A stretch of DNA of 63,508 nucleotides, counting the filler, from Octopus bimaculoides (lineage: Eukaryota): the NCBI RefSeq assembly GCF_001194135.2. It is 5 parts of 5 records of this genome, joined end to end, with 100 filler letters (N's around TTAATTAATTAA, not from the genome) between each part and the next. Parts side by side here need not be neighbours in the genome. Positions count along the whole stretch, not along the records: positions 1 to 15,747 come from NC_068990.1; 4 more parts are not named here. One strand, given 5' to 3'. This document shows positions 1 through 14,539 of this stretch, piece after piece. The position numbers and the translations under genes were made by a program. The first letter of the stretch is position 1. Each line of letters opens with the position of its first letter. Under the pieces are notes generated by a model, which worked only from the letters and a program-made list of their open reading frames with translations, was not told the DNA's origin and ran no database searches.

Positions 1-44
<44 letters not shown>

Positions 45-829
45 ACATATGTTTGTATATATGTATGTATATACGTATGCATGTATGTATGTATTCGCAC
101 CCATAAGAAAAAACTTCTTACAACGAATTTCATATGTACTACGCATTGCGGGCAACATGGCTAGGAAAAGTCATTTTATATATAATTTGTTATTTTTCTG
201 ATATATATATATATTCATTTTCATGCGTTCAAAGATTTCTTTTAAGTAATTTTTTAGAGAAAATTTGTTATGGATTTTATTTATATGAATCCTTTTTCTA
301 TAGACGTTTCTCGATAAATTCTTTTTATGCATTATAAGTATTGATATCTACCCATTTGTGGAACCAATAATTTTCTGGCAAATCATTTTTCACCGGGATT
401 TGAGCAATGACAGAATGCGTGTATTAACAAGATTCTAGGATCCTTTATCAGTTCCATACATATTAGTGATGAAAACTTTCCTGTGGTGACACACATATAT
501 ATTTTATTATGGATATGTGTGATGTATGGACATGAGTGCATGATCTCTATGTATGTGTATATATACACACATCTTCAAAGGCAAACATAGACACATACAT
601 TCACACACACACACATATTTATATATATATACATACATACACACAAACACACATACGTACATATAAATATATACATGCACGTATTAATGCGTATGCCTAT
701 TTCTAGTCTGTATATTAGCTTCCCTTAGTGATGTTCTATCGAAAGAAACAAGAATTGATAATCTCTCTGTTGAAATATTTAATGGCTTGAGTAAAAAAAT
801 TCTTTTATCAATTTTTGTGAAACTTTATA

Positions 830-1038
830 TTTTTTCTACTCTAGGCACAAGGCCCAGGATTCTGTAGGAAGACACCAGTCGACTAGATCGACCCAGTATA
901 CAAATGGTACTTAATTTATCAACCCCGAAAGGATGAAAGGCAAAGTCGCCCTCTGCAGAATTTGAACTAAGAACATAAAGACAGAGGGAGTACCGCTAAG
1001 CATTTCGCCCGGTGTGCTAACATTTCTGCCAGGTCGCC
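830..1038 (-). mobile_element. tRNA-derived SINE, family A (head GGCGAGCTGGCAGAA)
   Basis: The reverse complement begins ggcgacctggcagaaatgttagcac, has a B-box-like gttcaaat, and matches copies at 25256, 41025, 41261 and 62977. Confidence 0.85.
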
Positions 1039-1089
1039 CTTTTGTGAAATTTCAAATTAAATAATTACTGCCATAGAAAACTATATGAA

Positions 1090-1415
1090 AGCGCATGCCT
1101 CAGTGGTTAGAGCATCGGGATCATAATCGTGAGGTAGTCGGACAGGGTTGTGTATTTTGTTCTTCAGCAAAGCACTTCATTTCACGTTGCTTCAGTTCAG
1201 CTGCAGAAAGTAGTCGCGACGCCACTGGTACCGACCTGCATCGACCTTTGCTTTTCCCTTGGATAATATCAGTGGCGTGGAGAGGAGAGGCTGGTATGCA
1301 TGTGTAACTGTTGGTCTTCCATTCTCAAATTTACCCGGACTTATACCTCGGAGTGTTACTTTCTAGATGCAATCCCATGGTCATTCAGGTCCTATGGGGT
1401 TCTTTACAAGTGAAC
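1090..1415 (+). mobile_element. tRNA-derived SINE, family B
   Basis: A-box-like head gcgcatgcctcagtggttagagc followed by the core gtgttcttnagcaa, which is shared with copies at 3155, 16995 and 37500. Confidence 0.75.
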
Positions 1416-1674
1416 AATACACACACACACACACATATATATACATAAATATACGGTAGATGGATATATATTTATATATGCATATATNNNNNNNNNNNNN
1501 NNNNNNNNNNNNNNNNNNNNNNNNNNNNNNNNNNNNNNNNNNNNNNNNNNNNNNNNNNNNNNNNNNNNNNNNNNNNNNNNNNNNNNNNNNNNNNNNNNNN
1601 NNNNNNNNNNNNNNNNNNNNNNNNNNNNNNNNNNNNNNNNNNNNNNNNNNNNNNNNNNNNNNNNTATATATATG

Positions 1675-2094
1675 ATTAATGTGAGAAACGGAATATGGAA
1701 GATACGAGAATATTAATTGATCACTACAGTTGCTTCGACCTATCTAGCCTCGATCAGTGGTATTCCGAACATCTGGCTTAGGTGAATCCATCGGTGGAGA
1801 CGTGTCTTCTCAGTTAGTCTCAGTTAGTTTCGCAAGATTTCTTCTTCATATTTGTATATAGAAGTGACAAATTAAGAATGAGACTGTATACAGGAAGACC
1901 AAGAAGAAATCTTGTGAAACAGAGTTTACTTTAACGAGATAACTATTCAAATCAGCTCAGGAGACACATCAACACCGATGTGTACACATAAACCAGATGT
2001 TCTGAATTACACTTTCGAGATATCAATGCCTCAAAACAATTGTAGTGATCAATAAAAATTCTTGTATCTTCCATATCTCGTCTCTCTCATTAAT
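1675..2094. repeat. Imperfect inverted repeat pair (about 420 bp foldback)
   Basis: 1675-1860 aligns to the reverse complement of 1886-2094 (shared blocks atatggaagatac, attgatcactaca, gaacatctgg, caagatttcttctt), with a spacer of about 25 bp. Confidence 0.8.
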
Positions 2095-2795
2095 CAAACA
2101 CCCAACGAACACTGAGACACTAAACGTCCTTTACCGACAAACTACCAGTTATATACTGTACGATTTACCAACTTACACACACACATACATACACGCTCAC
2201 ACACACGTACACACACACACACGCGCGCACACATACACACACGCACGCACGCACACACACAAACACACACACACGCACACACACACACACACACACACAC
2301 TCATATACATCGTAAATTATAGTTGTACAGATATAGATTAAATAAATTTCGGTCCTTGCACATCTGTGAACTGCCGTAATTTCTTATTTTTTATTTCCTT
2401 TTTTTAATCTGAATGATCTACGTGAATTATAGACTTATCCGACTCCATTGTCCATCACATCATCTTTGTATCTTTGTATCACTTCAGTATTTACAAATTT
2501 GTTGTCAAGAAAGCGTAGTTGGTAGAAAATTCCAACGAGTCATTCTTTGCTAATGAAAAGGACTTAAGGTATTGTACATTCAGATATTGGTGTATTGGAC
2601 ATAATATGGTGGGTGCATGAAGAGGAGGATTACAAATTTTGAGTACTTAAAATGAAGGTAAGGTGAGATCAGCTGGTTCCCATTAGCAGAAACTACTGAT
2701 AAAAGATAGAGAGAGCAGGACTATAGAAATCACACACACACACAGACGCACACCATACACACACACCGACACAAACATACACGCACGCACACACA

Positions 2796-2827
<32 letters not shown>

Positions 2828-3154
2828 NNNNNNNNNNNNNNNNNNNNNNNNNNNNNNNNNNNNNNNNNNNNNNNNNNNNNNNNNNNNNNNNNNNNNNNNN
2901 NNNNNNNNNNNNNNNNNNNNNNNNNNNNNNNNNNNNNNNNNNNNNNNNNNNNNNNNNNNNNNNNNNNNNNNNNNNNNNNNNNNNNNNNNNNNNNNNNNNN
3001 NNNNNNNNNNNNNNNNNNNNNNNNNNNNNNNNNNNNNNNNNNNNNNNNNNNNNNNNNNNNNNNNNNNNNNNNNNNNNNNNNNNNNNNNNNNNNNNNNNNN
3101 NNNNNNNNNNNNNNNNNNNNNNNNNNTATATATATATATATATATATATATATG

Positions 3155-3440
3155 AGGGCGCATAGCCTCGTGTCAGAGTGTTGCGCTCATGATCGTGAGA
3201 TTGCGGTTTCAATTCCTAGACCGGTTGGTGCGCTGTGTTCTTGAGCAAAATACTAAATCTCACGTTGGTCTGCGGTCACTTCGAAAGCTGATGCGTAGTA
3301 CACCGGGCACCTATTCAGGCATCGTCGATTTGATATGAAAGGAGTGAACTTATGTACAACACATTCATTTGATCACTATAAAGTAAAGTCATTTGTGCAG
3401 GCCATTCAGCAAAGATTGAACACTCACACACCGTCTTCGG
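3155..3440 (+). mobile_element. tRNA-derived SINE, family B-like head
   Basis: Head ggcgcatagcctcgtgtcagagtg...ggtttcaattcc, followed by gtgttcttgagcaa. Confidence 0.7.
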
Positions 3441-5646
3441 TGGGAGAGTCTGTCATCATATATGTATATCTATACACGTATACACATATGCATAAATACG
3501 TACATATCACACGCTCATACACACACATACACACATATACATGCATGCTTCCATACACATATATGTGAGTATGTATGTGTGGGAATACTGTTTTTAATAT
3601 ATGACATACATATATTTTCTTTGTGTGTGTGTGTGTGTGTGTCAGTGTAATTATCTCGAATATATATTTTAGACTTCTGAAAAAAAATGATAATTTTAGG
3701 GTTATAAACCCAATTTTTAGCAACTGAAGGATGACAAGTAAAGCTTCATGAGATGATTATCCCACCACCCATTTCCTCGGTTGATACTGTAGCTGCCACT
3801 TGATTCTTCCAATATATTATAGAATTTCAAATTAACAATTACTATTCTCTAGTGGTAAGCGCTGGTCGGAGAAATTTTACAATATAAATCATGAATGACA
3901 CCATAAAGTCTGATAACTTACCATTTCCTATATACGAACACTATTAAAGACAAAAACTTTAGGTTTGTATGTCTGTATTGATTTCATATTGATTCTTTTT
4001 AAATATTTATTCACATTTTTTTTATAGTTCATATTTGAAAATATTTTCCTTTGTTCATTTTTATATATTTATTTATTAACACCATAGACGGGAATTCAAA
4101 AATGAAATAGAGAAAAATGATAAATGATGTCAACAAAAATAATGGCATTATGAAGACAGAAGTATTTTAAGAATTGTAATATTGTACGCAAAGAAAACAA
4201 AATATTAAAAAAGATCAATGTAAAGAATGTTTACAGTAAACAAGAAAGAAATAGAAAAAAATATTAAAATCGATATAGTATGAAAAACATATAAATACAA
4301 ATTATTGAAATATAAAATTTAAAAATAAATGCATTATTTCACCTCTAAATTTGGGTTTCTTTGAAAATCAGTACAGAATTTCAGTCATTTGAAAATTAAT
4401 CACCTTCTAGATATACTTTCAATTGTAACATTTTGTATTAAGTTTCTGTTAGTTTTATGATTTTTTTTGTTTGTATACACACGCGCGCGCATATACATAT
4501 ATGTTCATAACTTATATGTTTATATATTTTTATGTAATCATTCATTTTCCATTAAAAATAATATTAGATATAATAGAGAACGCTAAATGTTTTTGAAGAG
4601 TTGAATGACTGTGGTGAAAGTGAAAAGATTCAAGTACTCAGTTGTAAAGAGAACAATTGCTGAAATGCAAATGTGCGCCACAAACTAGTTCAAGTCGTGC
4701 CAAGTCAGATTGTATTAAATCATACGATAACCAGCAAAGTCAAACATTTGACCCTATTCAACCATCCTGTGAGGAAAGTAACAAATGCATTGCATGCATC
4801 CTTCTGGATCTAACGAGATAATGTTTAAAGTAATCAAATTTTAATTTAAAAAGAATATGTAGAATAAATTAATAGGACTTCAAAATTCTGAGATTATTCT
4901 GTGACAAGGACAAGATCTTTATGGTTTACGTCACTGTTTAAAATTTTATATCATTTGTTTTCAAATTTGGTATATGCATAAATTTGTTTGCACTAATTAT
5001 GAGAATGAAATCCATTTTACGTATAAATCCGTAATTAAAAAGTTATTAGCCTTTAAAGTTTGCAAAATTTGGGAACTTTAGCTAATCAGAAGCGAGCATT
5101 TTACGTATCACTATGGCGAAAATTTTTATCTCCATAGTAACCAAAACAAAGGCGCATCACGTGTTGCATAGATGCTGCGCATGCGCAAGAGGAGGAGAAG
5201 AAGATACGAGAAAGATAATTTATTTAATGTTTTGACATGCCAATGCTCCTTCTCCACTGATGATGGAATATGCAGCGACCATGCTGTTTTCTGACTGGTT
5301 TAAAATTCTGAAAATGATCAAACTTTGAATACCTATAACAATTTTGCAAAATTTTTCTAGAATAAATGAAAACCAAATTCAGATTCGGGGGTCAGCATTA
5401 CATATATATATTGTATTCAAAAGACTTTTTAAAGATAATTGTAAACAGTGATGAAAATCACAAAGATCCCAAGGACATACACACACAGCTTTGTTCAGAC
5501 AATTTGTTCAGACAATTTGTCTCTCTCTCTCTCTCTTTCTTTCTCTCACACACACATGCATAGCCTAGCTCTCTATATGTATGTTATACATACATATACA
5601 CACACATATAGGTACACATATATACACATCCAGCTCAATACACTCT

Positions 5647-5719
<73 letters not shown>

Positions 5720-5863
5720 TGGTTGTCTACTCCTTACACAGAGTTTGACCACCTCCTGCACTTACACAGCCCTTTCATGGCGTCTCATGTGGCTTTTTAA
5801 ACCAGACAGTGTTTTGAAAAAACACCCACAGAGATTGCACCTCTGATTTGCACTACCAATACC

Positions 5864-5907
<44 letters not shown>

Positions 5908-6197
5908 CACATACACGTGTATAAATATAAACAAACTAACATTTGTTTTTATCAGCGTCGAAATGTGTATTGAACAATAGAAATTAGATGATTATTTTCG
6001 AACACAGAATTGCCGCTAGAACAGAAATATTGGGTAAATTACTTTTGCAAAGTGGAAAAATTTGCCAACAACTAGCCATGAGAATCGAACCTATATCCCT
6101 GAAAGCCCCAAGCTGTGTGCTTTCCTGCTAAGCTATGCTACCACTGACAAATTCAGCCACGATTTTAGATGCTAATTCGTATCGTTCAATACACATT

Positions 6198-6590
6198 TCC
6201 AAGGAGAATAAGGTGGATGAGAAATTTTTTCCCAACCAAGCTCTTCGATCTTCTGTGATGTGATCTTTGCAGTGTGGGGTCGCGCATTGTCCTGATGAAA
6301 CATCACTCCTTTTCGATTCACTAAAGCTGGTCTTTTTTTCTTCAAAGCTTTTCAAACGCTCTAATTGCTGATAGTAGACTTGAGCATTGATTGCTACATT
6401 AGGTGGTAAGAGTTCAAAGTGAATTACTCCTTTGCAATCCCACCAGATAGAGAGAAGGACCTTTTTCCTATGAAGGTCCCTTCTCGATTGTGGTTGCGCC
6501 TTTTCCCTTTTTCCCTTTTTCCAAGCTACTGCTTTCAGCTGACCAAAAAAGCACCGTGTTTCAATTGCACATGATCTTGATTGTGTCTAG
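6198..6590 (-). mobile_element. Mariner transposase remnant (DDD catalytic region)
   Basis: Frameshifted translation gives KKVLLSIWWDCKGVIHFELL...KRPALVNRKGVMFHQDNARPHTAKITSQKIEELGWEKISHPPYSP, which are canonical mariner motifs. Confidence 0.92.
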
Positions 6591-9327
6591 AACGATAAAA
6601 CCTTTTTGAAAACTTTGCGTAGGCCATTGAGCACGTATTATCAAGCTTTTGGCAAAATTTGATGTAGATTCTCTGCTCAACTTTCTGTCATGGTGAATGC
6701 GACGATTTCGTGATACATTCCTTCCTTCTATATTGGTAACATTGTGAATGACCATAAGAAACGGCTTATGCTCCAATACACAGACACACAAACACAGACA
6801 CACAAACGCACACACGCATATACACACATACATACATGCACACATACATACAGGTGGTTGTATATATACATGGATGCATGTGTATATATGTTTTTATGTA
6901 CAAATATGACAGGTCAATCTTAGTGCTACTGGTAAGAGGTTAGTCAGTACAAACTGTCACATGGTCAGACCATCAGTGTCTACACTGGAAAGCAAGCCAA
7001 ACCTGAGTAAGATATGTTGCTTTTGTTGGACACTGCGGTGTGTAAAGATTAAAACCTGTCAGCGGGCTGATAAACTCATTAAAGCCAACAGCCATCCATC
7101 AGTTGAGAGTGAGAGACACCTAGTCATTATTTAGACATCTCTCTTGTGAATGCAAAATTCTGAGGTAACATTCGTGACTTCCTTTGTATTCAATGTTGTA
7201 GACTAGTTCTCCTTTTTCGACAATGCATACGTTTTTTTTTTTTTTTCAGGACAGCGGATTGGACATGTACAGATGCTTTCCATACTTTAAGACGTTCAGG
7301 CACCAGCATTGTTTAAATTTTGACACGGTTATTATGTTGCGTACTATGGAAGGCCGTAGCCGAAAAATGGCAAAAGCTCAATGGAAAACTTCAGGACAGA
7401 ATGAAAGAAAGCATGAGCCATCCTGCGTGCTAACTCGCTGCAACTATTATTAGTAGGAGCAAAAGACCTACATTCATGCAACTTTGAGAGAACAATCAAT
7501 CCATGGTAATGCGCAAAATGATGTTGCAGCCGTCATATCTGCATAGATACACTAACAAAGATTGATTTATGGAAAAAAATCTGTGATTAAAATAATGTTG
7601 AAATTACTGAATTAACGAAAACATGTTGTATAACCAACAAAATCAATAATTTAAACACATTGAACGATAGGTCCTCCACAAGAACCACAATAACAACGGT
7701 AGTAACTCAATGTTGCTGAAAATGTTTCGAAATATATATAAAATGAAAGAAAAGAGGAAGGCAATGAAACTGCAAACAAAAACCACAAAAATCCTAGTGA
7801 TTGTATAAATATACAATAACACCACATTTAGTTTTAAACTTCAGAAAAAAAGGGACATATTTGTTTCTCGAAACCGTATCCAAAAATTGAGGTCGGACAA
7901 AAATGCCATTTCATTCTATTGCGGTATGTTAAGTGAGTCTTTTAGTTTGGATGACAATCATTTATCGGATGCATTCTAGAGCGTTAATAATTCTAGAGTT
8001 GACAACTTCCCTCCAGGGTTTTCATCCTCTTATACTGTTGTATGTTTTATTTCTATAATTATCTATGTATTTCCCTCACACTATCGCATCTCTACTCCAA
8101 GACATCTAAAAGATGATATTAAATATAGTAAAAACTAAAAATGCTATACAATAATTATGGAAAAAAATATATATTACTTTGCCCGAACGTTTACCCGTCG
8201 TGTGTGATTGTATATTCACAAATACACATCGCATATACATCTATATGTATATGTATGCGTCTTTATACGTTTATATATATATATGCATATATATATATAT
8301 ATATATATANNNNNNNNNNNNNNNNNNNNNNNNNNNNNNNNNNNNNNNNNNNNNNNNNNNNNNNNNNNNNNNNNNNNNNNNNNNNNNNNNNNNNNNNNNN
8401 NNNNNNNNNNNNNNNNNNNNNNNNNNNNNNNNNNNNNNNNNNNNNNNNNNNNNNNNNNNNNNNNNNNNNNNNNNNNNNNNNNNNNNNNNNNNNNNNNNNN
8501 NNNNNNNNNNNNNNNNNNNNNNNNNNNNNNNNNNNNNNNNNNNNNNNNNNNNNNNNNNNNNNNNNNNNNNNNNNNNNNNNNNNNNNNATATACACATATA
8601 TCTGTGTGTGTGTATGTACGTGTGTGGGCGGGTAGTTTGTGCTAACATGTATATACATACATTCATTACATGAAGAACAAATAACAAATAATAAATATAG
8701 TTGAAATTCAATAAAGATATGAGTATGTCGGTTTAATTACTGAGTGAAAATTCATGGTTCAGGTTTTTTGCTATGGAAAGAGGAAGGTGGGTGATTTTGT
8801 TAGTCAACGAGGTTCTGAGTAATGACTTTGTAAATTAGTTTCTGAAGATGTCAGTTAGCCATTATATATAATTATGTAAATAAGAAATGTTAATGGAATG
8901 TGTGTGAACATATCATGAGACATGCATGCGGAAATGGTTCTGATGGATAGCGGTGAAGGTCCTGATGGGTGTAGACGATGTTATTGGTGCCTGTCAGGTC
9001 GTGGAAGATTTTGTTTCGGTTGTATGTAAGGCATAATTTGTGCAATTTGTTTTGTGTCGGTTAAATAAATTACTATATGTATGTGTGTTTGTGCGTGTGT
9101 GTATGTGCGTGCAGGTGTGTGTATTGATATATGCTTGTATATATGTATGTGATTGTATACGTATGTATGCATGTCTGTGAATATGTATATTATTGTGAGA
9201 TTCAATATTTTACTGAGTTGTGATGACGTATAATAGGTTGTCTGTACGTACGTATATATTTTCTCAACAAACAGCAGACATAGGCATGCACACACACACA
9301 CACACACAAACATACAAAGGCATGCAT

Positions 9328-9358
<31 letters not shown>

Positions 9359-9714
9359 CACACACAACACACACACAACACACACAGAGGCAGACCCACG
9401 CACATAAAGTACTTACACCCCACTCAGTCATGCTTGAATTATGGATGAATGGTAATTCCAATCTACGAGAGTTAAATAGAAAAAGATATAAAATAAGTAA
9501 CAAAAATATAAAAAGTAAAAATACAAACCCTCTGGTGTCTGGTGAGTCAAACTGCGTTCGGATTCATAATGTAGGCCTTTAGTTGACAAATTCAGTTTAG
9601 TAAAATACCTTTCCCTACAGCCTGGGACATCGCCTTGAAGAATTTCGGTCCAACAAATCGATCCCAATCATTATTTTATTTATTTATTTATTGTTTTATT
9701 TATTTATTTATTTA

Positions 9715-9834
9715 TTCGTAAAGCCCGGTATTCATTCTATCGGTCTCCTGCCGAACCGGTAGATTACGGGACGTAAAGACACCAACACAAGTTGTCAAGC
9801 GGTGATGGGAGACAAACAAATACACAAATATATG

Positions 9835-9878
<44 letters not shown>

Positions 9879-10045
9879 CACACATACACACACACACACA
9901 CATGCACGCACACATACATACTCTTACATATATATGTATAGATACGACACTCAGAAGGTTTTGATCGATCAAACGCTATAGAAGAAGACACGTGCGCAAG
10001 GTGTGGTTGAGAAAAGCATTCCTTAACACACAGCCACTCCAACAC
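9715..10045 (-). mobile_element. Decayed SINE split by a (CA)n tract
   Basis: Blocks attctatcgg...gccgaac...ttacgggacgtaaa and tatagaagaagacac...cacagccac recur at 18205-18375, 18640-18810 and 19210-19380. Confidence 0.65.
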
Positions 10046-10862
10046 CTACAATATCCAGATCTTGAGGCGTTTACCTAACATTCACTAATTTGTGTATATA
10101 TTTTTGGCATTTATGTGTATACATATTACAAATAGATATACGCGTTCACATGTGTGTTGTGTATTAATGTAAATTTATATTTAAGTATGTTCATAGGAAT
10201 GTAAATATTCATGCATGCTTATTGCGTTCATACATATCTAATATTCCGTTAGCTGTTAATATATGTGTCAATTGATTGACTGATATACACATGTTTGAAA
10301 TTAATAATATAAAGCTGAAACCACTTATTGTGAGAGATTCGGAGTAAGAATTTTAGATAAAATAACCGTTTGATAAAATTATCTCTGATAACAATACGCG
10401 GCGCCCAGCCTATTGAATGAACAGAACCATGTTCGTACAAAATATGTTTACCCTCTATTAGTAGCGTGCGTATGTTTGTATATATGTCACTAGATACATA
10501 CATATGTCTGTGTACGCATATATATACATGTAGGCATATGCATGTCTTCATAACTAATGCATAAACTGCCGTAAGAGACTCAGTTTTCCATACACATTGA
10601 TATCTATGTAATTCTCTCTGCCAGTGTTTTTTATTATTTTGTTACGTTCTTACCTACCAAGTTTTAGATAGAGATATGCGTGTATGCGTGTGTGCGTTTC
10701 TGTGTGTATATTTATGTACGTAATATATATATATATACACACCCACGTACATAAGTATGTGTGAGTTTGAGCGTGTGTGTCTGCATATGTATGCATATAT
10801 ATGTATAAATACTAAAATATATTTATATAAATATGTATATATATTATATATATCTATTATAT

Positions 10863-11216
10863 TAAAGGGTGCGGATAACCCTCACCAACATGCTAGAAAT
10901 AGACATAACATAGCTCTAAAGAACACATCTACACAACGTTGTCACAGGTTGAGAGCGAGTAGATGAATAAATATGATTTTTTTTAAAGGATTAATTATAA
11001 ATATTTGCATTTATATACTATGGCTATATTATACAGACGACAGCAGAGGCTTTTACATCTTTAAGCTAGAACTCGATCTATAATTAGCCCTTTCTTCAAA
11101 AATCTTATTTATTCATCTGCTCGCTTTCAAACTGTGCTAATGGAGTGTAGGTGTGATTTTTAGAGTCATTTGGCGTCTATTTCTAGCGCATTGCTGGGGT
11201 TTATCCGCACCCTTTA
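10863..11216. mobile_element. MITE with 42-bp terminal inverted repeats
   Basis: 10863-10904 matches the reverse complement of 11175-11216 at 36/42 bases. The termini are TTAA-AGGGTGCGG on the left and CCGCACCCT-TTAT on the right. Confidence 0.8.
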
Positions 11217-12564
11217 TATATTAGTATAAATTGTTACCTATATGGTTTTATTTTTCGCTAGCAACTTGATAAAATCATTAAAATGGTTTTATCCTTAATC
11301 TTGTATAAATATATGTACATATTTGTGTGTGTGTGTGTGGGGGGGGTATACGCGTGCTTCAACATGTACGTCTGCCTGATATATATGTGACACATCCAAC
11401 ATATACCAGTAATTGAAATATCTCCATATTGATGTGAGATTTTTTGAACGGCAATGTCATCATTATCTTACAAGGAGGATGCATATATTCTCTATAGATT
11501 CTTTGCAATCTGCTGGGGTGACTGATATATGCAATTAAAGAGAAGAAATTATTGAAATTAGTCATTCCTTAATTTGCCCTCTTTAGACATTTTTTCTTTG
11601 AAAATTGTAAAGTATCAAATTCGACAGTAGTGTGGGAACGAATTAGCATGGAATCCATCAGAGAAAAGACCTTCGATTTCAAATCGCTAAAAAATTATCT
11701 TAATATTCTATTAGCAACCACAATTACAATTTGTCAACTTTGAGGAAAACCTTCTTGAAAGTACGTTACCAGACTTTGTTTCAAACACTCTCAACTTCAA
11801 TAACTACAACTATGGTCACCAATCTTACCTTCCAAAGAGTGCAACAGTACAAAATGATGGTGCATCACTTGCAATGTAATGGATTCAAAGAGGTCGGTAG
11901 AAAATAACGATAAATCAGAAATTACTTATTCTGCCCCACCCCTATTTCACAAACCTATTCATAACTTAGCGAGCTTCACACCTCTTCGCATATATTCTAT
12001 CTCTACTAAAACATAGACACAAAAATTGCAAATACCATTCTAAGTATATGATGCCATCTTGAACGAAATGAGAAGACTACTTAAGGTGAGACGTGACAAG
12101 TATTTAAACAAGTTATTTCATTTTGAACAAAACCAAAGCTGCTCCTTCGAAATCACTGGTATCCTTATTGAGCTCACATTTCGAAATAACTTTCATTCGG
12201 TGAGTATTGAGCAGCTACACATGGAGTCTTCAGCTAATCGCTCTCGAGTTGCTAGAAGTAATAGCTAAACCTTCTTCAAATTAAGCAGTACCATTTAGAA
12301 AAAGAAAGGAGTGATAGACTGGTCAATCTACATAGTGAACCTTGACAAAGGACAATTTCGAATTAAATTTGATTGTAGGAGTGCTCCTGCTATCACAATT
12401 GATTAAAGAACAAAAATAACAAGAAATATAAAAATGAATGTTGTCACAGTTAAAAATATAGACACGACTATTTTAGACGAAATCAGATAGAGCGATGTTG
12501 CAGGCCATTTCTTCTAATGGAGATTAGTTAACCGTAGAATGTTGAAAATATCAGCTGAGAGATG

Positions 12565-12590
12565 ATGATGACGACGACGACGACGACGAC

Positions 12591-12636
<46 letters not shown>

Positions 12637-12670
12637 TTGATGATGACCTCCACTACCACCACCACCTCCA
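12565..12670. repeat. (GAT/GAC)n microsatellite
   Basis: Seen directly in the sequence. Confidence 0.95.
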
Positions 12671-14507
12671 TTACTTTTGCTCGTGATCAGAGATGACATT
12701 ATCGTCAGCCACTAAGAGACATGCTCAACTTGTTAAGGTCGTAGTAAGAACACTGACACCTATCTCAAAGGAACAAACACAACTCCTTGACCAGATTAAG
12801 ATCAAATATAAGATCAAGGACAACAAAAATTGTGTTATTAAGCCCAGGTCATATCTTGCGAATGGCTTATTTTGCCCGAAGTCTCAGACTCAATGAAGAG
12901 AACTTAAAAGTAATCAAGCCAGTTTTTCGAAACTGTGAGGACAAGTTAACAACAATATCTACTACAATAACAACAACATCGACAATAATAACCTTTTCTG
13001 TTATGGGTATGAGTCCTGAAATTTAGGTGGAGGAAAATGTCGCTTACGTAGCCGCCAATGTTCAACTGGTACTTATTTTATTGACAAAGATGTTATCGTT
13101 ATTAATCGGTTCTAATTTAATCACCTTTGATTTGAAATCGGTTCTAATTTAGTCATGTTAATTAATTTCATCGAAACTGAGACTTGGTTGTTTCACCCAT
13201 TTATCAGACGCGGGAAGATGGAACAAATTATTTCATATCAGCGGGATTTGAACACGGAACGCAGAAGTGCCAGAAAACATATTTTTCGACGTTCTAACTC
13301 TTTTCTTCTTCCAATTAATATTTTGGACTAGCAGTAATAGTAGCAGTAACAGAAGTTCTTAAACTAATGTTAAATGATTCATAATCCGTGAAAATGAATA
13401 TCGAAATTCCAACGAGAGAGGCAATATTAAAATTGTAGTTAATAACACTTTGACTAGCAACAACAAAAACAACAGCATTAACAACAATAACAATCATAAG
13501 AATAACTGTAACTACAACAGCAGCAATAATAACCAAAATGATCAAACTCATAGCGTCATCTAAAGAATTCTTATTTCATCGAATTGGCACCAGCTCCTCA
13601 TCGAAAAAAAAAAAAAAGAAAAGAAAGACTATCTATTAACAAACAATGCCACTTGAATAATATACTGCATCACAGATGATGATGATGAGGATGATGATGA
13701 GGATAATGATGATGGTGATAATGATCATGATGATGATGATGAGGAGGAGGAGGTGGTGGCGGAGGAGGATAATTAACAACCACACTCACACTTCAAACAC
13801 ACAAAGCTATGAACACACAACTACTCATGCGCTCACATACCACGAAGTCAATAAAAAATAAGGAGTGAAATACAACAAATAAAAGATAGATATCCAGTAA
13901 TAACGAAAAGTTTAAACTACATGAAAACAAATAAAGCTCTAAAAGCAACTCGAAGTTATGTATGCGTGTTTGTGTTTATGTCTTCGTTATTGAGTACACA
14001 CACTTATATATATGGATCTATATATACAGAGGTATAAATATATATATATACTGTATGTATATATCTGTGTGTGTGTGTGTGAATGCGTTTGTGTGTGTGT
14101 ATGTGTAGATATACATACATACATATACATAGATATTTGAGCAAATAGTAATATAAAAATGGAAAGCGAAACAATCCAAAGCAAAGAAACACAAACAAAA
14201 CCATCCACTAGAGCAATCAAAAGAATAAAAAACAGAGAAGGGTAAAAAATGTATTTTGACAAATTTCAAGATGGATGAAAAGACAGTTGCTTAAATGATG
14301 ACAAGTAAATAGCTCGGAGGGGAAAGATTTTGTCATTATGGGATAGCTTTCGAGAAAAATATATAGCAATTAATCAGCATATAGCTAGCTGTAAAGAAGA
14401 TTTTTAATGCTTGCACAAATTGGATGAAGCTTTTCGACACAAGACACATTTCAAAAGCATCATCAAATATAATTACATTGCACGGCATTAAAAATAAACA
14501 AGGACGC

Positions 14508-14539
<32 letters not shown>

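Noticed and set aside
5254-5297. C/D-box snoRNA-like TGATGA...CTGA with CCA/TGG ends
   Set aside because: Only about 37 nt between the boxes and an imperfect C box; too short for a snoRNA.
12045-12197. Plus-strand frame with two good donors (YDAILNEMRRLLK...)
   Set aside because: Weak acceptor, no recognisable homology and no phase-linked neighbour.
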